NCBI GenBank assembly: GCA_951406725.2
Contig: OX597817.1
Coordinates: 85,870,001-85,934,000 of the forward strand
Direction of reading: 5' to 3'
From: Octopus vulgaris
Taxonomy: Eukaryota
DNA length: 64,000 nucleotides
Notes under the pieces: model-generated
Seen by the model: the letters and a program-made list of their open reading frames with translations, nothing else
Told to the model about the DNA's origin: nothing
The model's database searches: none
Program-made: the position numbers and the translations under genes
Part shown: positions 12,801 through 25,300 of the stretch, one piece after another
Numbering within the stretch: position 1 is the first letter of the stretch
Layout: each line of letters begins with the position of its first letter

Positions 12801-15800
12801 ATCACATTAACTACAGCAATGTCAACAATAATAATAAATTTTGAAATGTGAATAAATAAACAGCAAAAAGTTTTTAGGCTTAAATATTTATACATACATA
12901 GATCACCTAATGTTTATAATATTCACTTATAGTAGGGTGGTGCTGTGGTAAGCAGTCAGACTAGTACCCAGAACTAAATCATGTATACATAAATGGAGAG
13001 GGGAGCATTGGATCTTAGCAAGAGAGCACTGAAAAAAATGTTAGTAAAAGAAAAAGAGCAACAGTTTAAAAAGTCTGAGAAGCACTGGCTAAGTAGTCTT
13101 TCCAACAGAATTTGGTAATCTTTCAGATATATTTTTGAAAATGTGTCTTTCATATATACCATGAAAATAAAAACCGATAAATTTAGATCTTAATGGCTTG
13201 TCATACAAGACATCTTTACTGGGAACCTTTATCCATCCTACACAGACACTAAAATGAATAACTGCTTTGATAAACCCTCATGGATCTGAATTATTTTTGT
13301 CATTTGCTTCTCAGTGACTGTTCAAAAGCCATATTTCTCAAACTTGCTCCAAACTATTGAGTAATAATAACAACAGAAAATAGAAATGAATAAAGGAAAA
13401 AAAATTAGAAATATTACATGTCTTGTGGTTCTCTTTGATTTCATTCGTCCCTTTGAAGGCAAGGAAGCATAACGTGTTGGACTACTAGTATGACTATCAT
13501 CTGGACTATAACCAGCAGGAGTAGAAGCCACAGAACGAGGCATTAAGCTTGATGCTGAAGGGGTTGATCGCAGCATTGTATCCTCTACTTTGGACAGGCT
13601 TGCAGTTGATCCTCTCTTCTCTTGACAAGGAGGGGTAACTGAAATGAAGAAGTCATTACAACAACTTAAATATGACAATATATATTTCACAGTAAATCAC
13701 ACACAGATACGATGAGCGTATACCATTATAAAATTTCATATAAAGTAAGTTTCATATAAGACAGAGGCACTAGAGCAGTACACACTATAGTCAATATTAT
13801 AAATTTTACAACTATGAACTACATGTTTAGAGAAGAAACAATATATACATATACACTGTTTCAATTAGCCTAACCTGCAATTGTCATGAAGTGTTTTGTT
13901 CCTGGATTTGTACATTGCACCAGACTGTACTGGACACAAGAACCTTTACTTCTAAACTCAGGGCCAAAAAAAATATTGCATATTAAGTCCCAGCATCTGA
14001 AGCTAGGTCTTTGGCAGGCTTCAGGTTTATGTATTTCTGGAAGGTTATACATATGTATTGGCTTTACTTATGGTGTTCTCTAAACTGAGTGTATTAATAG
14101 TCAATGAGATGATCCTTGTTCTAAAAGCTGCAGTGTTAGACTTTCTAAGATATGTAAATGTTTATTAACCAATAACTGGAGGTAAATGATGGCAAATGTT
14201 TTCAAACAATAACTGGTACTTCTACACTTGCCAAAAATGAGAGCCATACTACCAAGAGAAGCTATTGAAAGGAACTTCTCGAATTTACCAAACATTTGTA
14301 ACAGAGGCATCAACATGACAAATCCAGAAACCAAAATCCTTTATTAACTAGCCTTGTAATCACAGAATCTCTTTTGTAAATAGCATCTGAAATAAAACCA
14401 ACATGAACATTTTCTTCTCTAATTGCATTTGAAAGCACATGGAATATGGTAGCACTGCAAGAGATAGCAAATTTACCTGGAGATATGTCAGTTTGAAGAT
14501 TCATTGGCTCACTGGACGATTTGGTCATTTTTTTTGGACTATTTCTTACAGAGAGAGTTCGTGGACGGTTATTGATCTTACGAGTCAAGGAAGAAAAGCC
14601 AGTCATCACAGAGCTGCGAGATTTGTTAGCTGAAGCATTGTTGTTGGTAGAAACTGCAGTCAAGTGTTGTTAGTGCAAATAGTTAAAGCAGATCAGAAAA
14701 GAAATGTTAATAGGTTTTGTTTTAAGAAAAAAAAAAAGAAAGCGTTGTGTTATCAACAATTTATGCAAAATGGTTATTAGGAGTTTGTTATATTTTCAAT
14801 ACAAGCAAATATTGTTTTGTTTCTACAGCATAATGTGAAATCTCTCAAACTTCAGACAAGGTGCCAGTTTCTGTACAGATTATGACAAGTCCCCAATATT
14901 AAAATAAGTCTAATTTCTATAAAGGCAGATATTTTGTACATCTAAGGTTAGCAGGTTAAACCTTTTGTAACTATTTTAAAATTAAGGTTAAATATATTGA
15001 GGAAAATTACAATGTAAGTAGTAGCAGTTAGTGTTAAGAATGCAAATAATTGCTTTTCAAACAGATTCATGGAAGTCAACTAATTATGAAGCTGCACACA
15101 TAGAGATTAAACAACATTTCCTACGTTGTTATTTGAAAACTAGGAATATGGATAAAATAATTACCAACAATATGCTGAAACTGATTCTCCAACAAAATAA
15201 TCATAACGTGCTGAGTCAGATGAAATAATTAGTTTCAGATAATACTTTAAAATATTTCTTATCTATTTCTGAAATTATTACCAAAAATATTCATCAAAGG
15301 CCATTTTCTTAAAATCATCTTACATCATAACCTGATATTGGTATGAAGATATACACTAACAAGTTACATATCTGTGGTATTTCCATATGATTAAAAGGAA
15401 AAACAATACACTAAAGAGACTAATTGGATCTAGAAACGTGTCCTTAATTTTTGCCTTGACCAGTTTCTGTGGAAACATACAATCTTTTGTTAAGGTGGCA
15501 AGCTGGCAGAATTGCTAGCACACCAGGCAAGATGCTTAACAACATTTTGTCCGTCTGTGTTCTAAGTTCCAATTTCATCAAGGTCAGCTTTGCCTTCCAT
15601 TCTTTCAAGATCAATAAAATAAGTACCAGCTGAGCACTGGCATTGATGTAATTGACATATTCACCAACTAGAAATTGGTGACCTTGTACCAAAATTTGAA
15701 ATCAATCGCATGTTGTCCTATTCAACCCTTTTTGGGACATGTTTTGAGAACTCTAGTTCTAAGATACAAAATCTTCTAATTTAAAATATTTATATTTAAA

Positions 15801-18800
15801 TTAAAATCTTCCACCATAATTTTATAAAAAATCCATTTATTCACCAAATACACAGCTTAATAATGAAAAACATCACTTCCTGAACCTGTCAAAATTCTTG
15901 ATTATTTTTAACATGAATAGAAAGTTGTATATTTCATGAGGAATAGGCTCATAAAATGATTTTAAATTATTTCTCAATACAGCTTCTTTTTTTTAACAAT
16001 TGTGTTTGATATTCTAACAATTTAAAATATATAACATTATAAAGTACTGACATATGAATTGTAAGATGGTTTACTGTATCACTAAAACTGCATATTTTAA
16101 CAAAGTGGCACATTAATCCATGCAAAGTTAGGGAAAATGTTACTTTAATGAAGAGTACAAATGATGATGCCTTTAGAATAATCAGATTAACCAATAACTG
16201 ATGGTCAATCAGTAACTTGTTTTTAGTATTGAGGTCTCTAATAGGAAATGTAGATACTGAAAGAACTTCTCAAATTTGCAAAACGTGTGCAAGAGAGACA
16301 TCAACAAATTACTAGGCAGCTTTTTAATTTCACCCAGGAATTAAAAACCTCATCAAGAGCATCTAGTAACATGATAGACACTCACGTTGAAGATGACCAT
16401 ATAAATATTCAACAAATGATTTGTTTATAATGATAAAAAATGTGCTGTACATTAGCTCCCTCCCTCCATCAAATCGATGTTACCTGAACAGGTGCACAGT
16501 GTACCACACATCAGGTGTCAAAGTGATTGCAGAGTAATGTGAGATGAAGTGTTTTTGCTCAATCACACAATGCATCACCCAGTCTAGGAATTGAAACCAT
16601 GATTTTGCAATTATGAGTGCAAACTACTAGACCATGTATCCTCACAGATGTGAGGATCTAGCAACATAAGGATGATGATGACTAGAAGGCAAGTTAGCAT
16701 GATTAGTTGAAGAACAAGCAAGCAAAACAATTAATAAAACAAAACTATAACTTTTTTTTTTCTTAAAAAATTTTAGGTTATAACATTAATGCCAAGAAAA
16801 AATTAATTTCCAAAACTAAAGATTTATTTTTTTAGAATGACAAGTTTCAATCACTTAAAAGTTCCAATCTCCAAGAATGTAACAACTTTTCCATTTGAAG
16901 TTGACTGGTTAACTGATTCACGGACTTTGTTGAAAACAGATGAAACTAAAAACTGTAAACAATATTATAATCTGTCTCAGAGTTTTTTCTAAACAGAATC
17001 CATAGCATTTCAATAAATTCATCTTTAAAATCAAATATAGCTAAGCAAATCTAAGATTAAGTATTAATACTTAGTTACTAGTAGTAGCTTTAAATTCAAA
17101 TAGATATATTTTATATTTAAATATTAACAGTTATCATTAAGAAAATAAAGACAATTTATGCCAAAAGTCATTTCATTAAAAAAAAAAAAATGCAAAACAA
17201 AGCCAATTACTAAATTGTAGTCACTATCTAATTCTACTCAACATTGTATACATATTTATGGATCATAAACAACAGATTCTCATATCATTTTGTGGTGATA
17301 CACATTTCTATAGATTGTATATTTTTAAGGTACTTAAATAAAAGTATAAAAATTCGTTGTTAAGCATACATAAACCAATTTAAAAATAAAACATATTTTG
17401 AATTAAGTCAGTAGAGGAAAGCTATGTGTGTACATGAAATTTTTTTTTTTTTCTTTTTGCTTGCTTTTTAACGCATCACAAAAAGAAACCCGATTATATA
17501 CAATAGAAAATTTAAAAACAAAAATTTCATAAATTGTTTCTTAACATACCTTTATTTCTGCTAGGCTGGGCTTGGTTGACCGTTTGGTAACTGTAAGCTG
17601 GAGGTTTAGGATATTGCTGCATAAAATAGTTTTAAAAACAATTTTGACCATTATATCAGATTTAAGTATTTTGTTGTTCATGAAAGACTAAAAGTTAGTG
17701 CAGTCAATTACACACTGTTACTTAACTGCATGATTTTCAAATAAACTAAATTGATTACCATTAATTTATTATTAATTGAATGTAAGGCAGCGAGCTGGCA
17801 GAATCATTTACATGCTGGATGAAATACTTAACAGTACTTCATCTGCCACTACATTCTGAGTTCAAATTTCACAGAGGTTGACATTGTCATTCATCCTTCC
17901 AGGATAAATTTAGTACCAGTGAAAAACAGGGGTCAATGTAATAGATTAGTCCCCACCAAAATTTGAGGTCTTCTGCCTCCAGTAGAAAGGATATGTAAAA
18001 AAAAAAAAATTTTGGTTAACTGCATCAAATTTTTTTTGATTTTGAATTTTTAAAAAACTAGCAAAAATCTAAAATTAAAATCCAACATTTCTTTGATTTG
18101 ATATGAATAAAGTTATTTCTGGAAGCTTCCATTTCAATGAGGAATTACAAAGAGAGTTGTCAAACCTTTATGTTATTAAACAACCTAAGTCTAATGAGTA
18201 AAATCTGAGTTATTCTTCTTTTAATGAATTAAAGACAAAGATTATCAATAATACTCTAATGTTTTGTTTTTGTACGTACATACCTGTGGTGTGTGTCACA
18301 CTTCAAAGGAAGAGGTAAAAAGGTTGAAGGGCAAGGTACAAAGAATAAGAGAAATAAAAAGTGTTAAACAGAAGAGAGGGGAGGGACAGAAAGGAAGTAA
18401 AAGAGAAAGAGTGAGCGAGACAGTGAGTGGTGACTGAAAGCAAGGTGGCATTCCTTGTTGCGTTTTTAAATGTTTATCAGTATTTTCAGAGTAAACTGAT
18501 ACATAGACACATTGCTAAATCAAAGACAAATAACTACAGCAAATATTGAATGTCACTTTCACTTTTCATTACCAAACAGGATAAAATTAACGCACAAGTG
18601 ATTGAGTACTCCACAGAGATGCATACCATTAACATAGTTCTTAGCAAAATTCGGCCTCACACAGAATGTGATAAGGCTGGACTCTTTGAATTACAGCTAC
18701 AACTCATTTTGGCCAGCTGAGTGGACTAGAGCAAGATAAACCTTCAAGTGGTTGAAAGAAAATGAAAAAAGATTCAATATAGGGGCAGGAAAATCATTTT

Positions 18801-21771
18801 AGTCATTAGGGTCACTATGGATCTTAATCCGGTCCTGACAGCAGCATTTGTGGGTCTTACAGATCTGGAGGTCAAACCTCCAGATAAACAGTTATTAAAC
18901 AGGCTGTTATTAAACTGAGCACGAGTCGAGGGTGAAGTCACTACATGACAGAATAGCAATTATTTCATCTTAGCTTTCACTGCTTATACTAAACACATGA
19001 CATTTTTGCCTAATGATATGGAACATGTCCTTTTCCACTCTTTTTTAAAAATGGCACTCCGTCAGTTACAAGGTTCCTGTTTATCTGATCAAGGGAACAG
19101 TCTGCTTGAAAAATTAACTCACAAGTGGATGAGTACTCCACAGACATGCATACCTATTTCTTTGCTACCCACAAGGGGCTAAACACAGAGGGGACAAACT
19201 AGGACAGACAAATGGATTAAGTCTATTACATCGACCCCAGTGTGTAACTGGTACTTAATTTATTGACCCCAAAAATATGAAAGGCAAAGTCGACCTCGGC
19301 GGAATTTGAACTCAGAACGTAACGGCAGACGAAATACGGCTACACATTTTGCCCGGCGTGCTAACGTTTCTGCCAGCTTGCCTTTTTTTTTTTTTTTTTT
19401 TTTTTAATGCATACCATTAATGTAATTCTCAGGGAAATCCAGCCTCACACAGAATGTGACAAGGCTGGCCCCTTTCAATTACAGCTACAACTCATTTTTA
19501 CCAGCTGAGTGTGTGTATATATATGTCCTTTGGACATATTGAGTGTCACCTTTGACTACCTCTACTCATTCATATGCAGGACATGACTAAATCATTACAA
19601 CTTTCACAACATTCCATTAGACAACCACATAAAATTAGAAAAGACTAAAGTAGGGCTTTTCATTCCAGTCTTGAATTTTATTTAAAGAGATCAACAGGGT
19701 AGATATACCAGAGAGTATTACTATTTCTAGAGAAACATTAAATCTTAGATGTTCATAATCTGGGTTTCACTGATATTGTACAATATAAATGCAAAGCATA
19801 TAGTTATTCCACATGTCACACACATACATATATGTAGGTATATATAACTTGGTTATAAATAAATAAACTGATTCACAAAATTTCTATCAGAACCACTATC
19901 CAATCAGGTCATGCTGAGTAACAACATTCATTTTATATCAAGAATAACAAAACTAGATAAATGTTTTAGGTTTAATAAAAACTTTCATTACTGGTATTTT
20001 TTACTGTTTACATAGTAAGCTTCCCAACCATGTGGTCTCAAGTACAGTCCCACTGAACCTTAGAAAAGTGTATTCTATTACAGTCCCAGGCTGACCAAAT
20101 CTTATAAATGCTAAGCAAAAACTGAAGTGAGTCTATTATGTATGTGTGTGTGTGTTTGCATAGGTGTACCCTTGTCTTGACATCACATGATCGTTGTGAA
20201 CAGTCATCACAATTATAGAAGTGATGTTTTCAGTCTTCTGTAAAAAAACATGTCAGATCAAAGAGAAATTATTATCTTGCTTGAAAACAGATAGGGGTTG
20301 ACAACAGAAAAGACATCTGCCTCGATGATTTCCATCGACAAGTGCAAGTATGGAAAAGTGGATGTTAAACAATGACATTCTAAAGAAATTATAAACAAAC
20401 AGGTTTCAAATACTTACATTTGGTTCTCGCAGATAAAGGGCCTTGTCAACAAAATAATGTACATCACCAACAGGAGGGTATCGCATTAAAGTGTTCATAC
20501 AGTTTGGATAATCACTGGTTAGTACTACAATTATTCAAGAAAATGAATATTTTTTTATCATAAGCTATAATAATAAGGAGCAGTATGTATAAATATATCT
20601 GTGTGTATGTGTGTGTGTTTTTCCTCCGTTTTCCTTTTCTCTTAGACTTTCCTCTGTCTCCTGTTTCTGAAGAAGAGCTTTGCTCAAAACATATTGTTTT
20701 ATTTTTTGGATTACTTGTGTGTGTGTATGTATAAACACACACATATACACACTGGACAGTTGATCACTACATTGGTTTCCTTGTGATTCAACTCTTCAGA
20801 TATTACTTTGTAATCCATTTAAGTTGCTTCTTAAAAATATAAATGAAAATAAAGGAGGTTGTTATCTCTATTTTTGAATTGCATGATGTTTTCATTGCTT
20901 GTTATGTTAGTGTTATAATTTCTGTGTTTATAATGTTGTGCACATGCTTAATCATACATGTAGAAATAACACACACACACACACACACAGTAATAACACT
21001 AATATAACTGGCAATGAAGCATATAGTGCAATTCAAAATTAGTGAAAACAAATGACTTTCGTTTGTGTTTTGAAGTGGCAACATAAATAAATGGAAAACA
21101 AAATAATAAAGTAATACTTGAAGAGCCAAATCATGGTGAAGCAAACATCAGTTACATAATGAATAATTACCCAGCTACTAATTAAATACAAATATGAGCA
21201 CGCACGCGCACACAGTTGCATTCATAAGAATTTTATAAACATTCAAGAGAACATGAATTCTTTTTTGGAATATCTCAAAGCACACACACAAAGCTATAAA
21301 TAAATAGCATGTAAATATTGTGTTGAAAATCCTTTTTGGATGTGAAAAATTGAAGGCTGCTCGTAGGTCTCAAACCCACATTTGTAAACATGACAAGCAT
21401 TCTAATATGGTTCAAGTCCCACAAGCAGCCTTCAAATTTTTCAATCCAAAAAAGATTTTCAACCCAATATTTACAGGCTATTATTAATAGCTTTGTGTGT
21501 AGGCTTAAAGATATTAAAAAAAAAAGAATTTATTCATATTATACGCACACACAGAGGCGACCACATAAGTGCAAAACAAGGAAGAAAAAATAGTACTCAA
21601 ATACCAAAGGTAGGGTAAAATGCTTTTTGCTGCCAAATTATCACAGAATTGTTACTCAGAGTTTCACATTCTCATTCGGACAGTTGTGATGAGTTTTCAT
21701 TACCACTGTGTGATGAGCAGGAATGTGAAACTGAGTTCTGTGATAATTTTGCAGCTTTAATATATATCAGG

Positions 21772-21810
<39 letters not shown>

Positions 21811-22323
21811 CCTCAATGCCAATAGAGAACTCTCCTTCTGTGTAAATGTGCAAGTAGTTCTCTTTTGATTAATTTTGCAGACTATATAATTGTATAGTGT
21901 GAGTTAAATTGCATGACATAAACCAGTATTTAAAACTCTGTGTGTATCTTTATACATTGAAAGAGAAAACTGAAGTTAAAATTTAGAAAGATTGCAGAGT
22001 GTATATAGGGGAAAAAACTCGGAAGTCAGTTCATAAATTAATTACATCATTCTACACATTTCAGAAAAAATAATGGCAGAATTATGCAATCCAGAAAAGT
22101 TTTGTAAATCTTCACTTCATCAGCAATTCACACCAAAAGGTGTGATACTGGCCAGCTTTTCTTTATATATAAGAAAGGGGATAAAGAAAAAAAAAACTGG
22201 TGAAGTGATGACCTACAAATCTTATCTAACCCAGATTGCAGAATTCAACCGTTATCTTCATCAAAACATGTGCAAGATGACATAAATAATTTATAAACCA
22301 ACTCTCCATTCTCCAGTTTTGTT

Positions 22324-22370
<47 letters not shown>

Positions 22371-25300
22371 TTGTTATAAAACATAGCATTTAAATGCCAT
22401 TTCATAATTATTCTGATTGAAAGAAGAAGAAATAGACTTACATAGATCACGTACGTATAGCAACATGCTGACAAATACATAATCAACTAGATCAAAGCCA
22501 ATTCCATCAGAAAAAATGGCATCCCACAGCATTAATAGATCTTGCATTGGAAACTCTCTGCCAAATAGAAGTCTCACCCAGCGACTGAAAGATACAAAAT
22601 CATGGGATGAAATTGAAACTAAAATCTTTTTAAAATGTGAAATTGTATGAATGAATTGAGTTTCAGAAATTGATACAAACCATATGGGTTCAAAGATTAG
22701 AATTCTATCTTACAAAAAGAATTATTTGAAAACAACAAAATATGTGGTAAAGAATTTCACTCCCCAATCATGTGGCTTCATCTTCAGTACCATTGCATGG
22801 CACCTTTAACAACTGACTTCCACTATAGCTCCAAGTTAATTAAAGTCTTGTGAGTGAATTTAATATACAGAAACTGAAAGAAGTTTGTCATATATGCAGA
22901 AGAGGCCATGTGTTTGTGTATCCTTATTTGATATTGTGTGCTACTTGTAAACAGGACATTACTCTCCAACAAGTGATGTTATTTGTTTATAGTCTTCTTT
23001 GAAATTGTGTCCAGCCATTGTGCTGGTTATATTGAAAAGACTAAGGAAAATATTACCTTATTCAAAATAGGTAAGGGTTGGCAACAAGAAGAGCATTGGG
23101 CTATAGAAAATCTGCCTCAACAAATTTCATTAGACCCCAGACAAGTGTGAAACAGTGGACATTAAAATGATGATAATGAAGATGATGATTACTAAGTGTG
23201 GATGAATTTCTTTTCAGTGATCTAAAGATAAAATATAGCATTTGTAATTTTGCTCATCTGTTTTACCTTTTATTATTTCCTAACTTGGTAGATTCCAATT
23301 CAAGTAATAGAAACTAATGGAAACTACCTTGTCAAATGAATACATATAAATGCAAAGCCTAACATAGTGAATTTTTCATTCCACTTATTTTTGCAAGTGC
23401 AGGAACTATGGACAATTTGTCTGTGTGAATGTAAACATTCACACAGACACATACATATCCAGCAGGTTTTGTTGTTTCCATCAACCAATTTCACCCACAA
23501 GATGTGTGTGTGCATATACAAAACAGATTAATTAAATATTTAATAAATAAATAAAAATAAAAGCTGCTACTTCTATCTTCTAAGAAGATTAATATAAAAC
23601 AGTAAATACACTTTGTTACATCTTTCAAAACTGTGTATGAGATCCTGTAACAATTTGTTTCCCTATACATCATATATCATCAACATAGCAATTATATATA
23701 AAGAGAATGGTTCAAAACTTACATTCCATAAATTTGTGGGACTATTTCCAGTCGTTCAAGATGTAAATGTAACTCCACGTCATATTTTTTTAAGATATAA
23801 TCTTGAATTCGAGTAAGTTTGGTAATTATGACATTGGAAGGATTCAAATCTTGAGGCCTAGCAAATGGTTGCACATTAAAAATATCTTTACCCTGTAAGG
23901 AATCAAAATAAATTACGAATATTCTCTATTAAACTTTTTCTTCACAAAAAATAGAATGATATTTCAACTTAAACTCTTCCCTCTTATTTTAGATTTCTCA
24001 AGAAATATTGTAGTGACAATCAGAGTAACTTACTTTCTTCTCCACCCCATGCAAACTGTTCTCCTCTCTCCCCTCTGCATAATGTTTTTTCTCCTCTTCA
24101 TACTGCTCTCAAAACTGAACTAAAGTTTCTATGCAGCATTGTTATATGCAGATGAAGATCAAAGCATTAAAATGTTAGAATTTTCCAGGAAATCCAAATT
24201 AAAAGAATATTTTAAATAATCTTAAATGTAGTCAATAAATTTAGATAGTGATTAAAGGAATAGAGAATGGAAACCTGCAGGTGAAACTAAAAGCTAGAAA
24301 TGAAGCTACCCATAAAAATAAATGACCATTAACTAAATGAAATAAAAATGAAAAAATAAATTTAACTTACTTTAGGTGTTGGAGCATCTTTGGTTGTATA
24401 CCAAGGTTCTACTGTTGCCATTACCTGACAGAACATAGCACTAAAGAACAGAAATATTTAAAATAATATTATTAAGGAACAAGAAGTGAATTGATGATTA
24501 TTTAAAGAATGCGAGGCAGTGGAATTGTATTTCATTCCAATTTGAAATTCCTTCAGAAATTACTTTGCCTTCTTCTTTCCATGGTAGATATAATGGAATC
24601 CAACAATGTGGAAAAGGTAATTTAATTTTTTACCTATCTCTTACAGCAATAAGCCTTTACCATTTTATTCAGATCAATTGAATAATTTAGATAACAATCA
24701 CTATCATATTTCTTCTGAATTTGACCACCAGTTCATGAGACAATATTCTACAAGATCTGGCATTTGTCATTGAAAACAAGGTTACACAATGAAATTCACA
24801 CAGATATGATTAAGTGAAGGCCTATGAACTGAAAGTCAACATAACTTATCCATTAAGCTATTTAAACATGTGTACCATTGTAACATGATTAAAAAAAGGG
24901 GATGCTAAAATTAATGAGTTGTTATTCTTAAAGCAACAGAAATACCAAAATAAGATACAATACTCACTAAGCATCATGTTCTAAAAACATTGGATCCATC
25001 AATTCTCGAATCATTTCACTGAAAGAAAATTAAAATTCAGGAAGTTATTTTAGTCCAAACAAATTTTAACTTTTTATCTTTAAGATTGATACAAATGTAT
25101 ACTCACTGATTGTCATTGACCTTTATTTAAAATTCTAAATAAACAAAATATTAGGAAATATCTAATTTAAAACACAAGGCTATTCCAAGACCTCTACATA
25201 GCTTTGGTGTCACTCCATAAACATATTAGCAATAGGTTTTCACTAATCTATAATGGTATAGACCAAAGAGAGGAAGAGTTGTTCCCCCATGTGATTGTGG

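Noticed and set aside
18863-18885. Perfect 10-bp stem hairpin (terminator-like)
   Set aside because: Isolated, among repeat remnants in a eukaryotic intron; no function can be supported.
25107-25134. 28-nt AG..GTGAGT segment
   Set aside because: Frameshifting with an internal stop; no supporting context.
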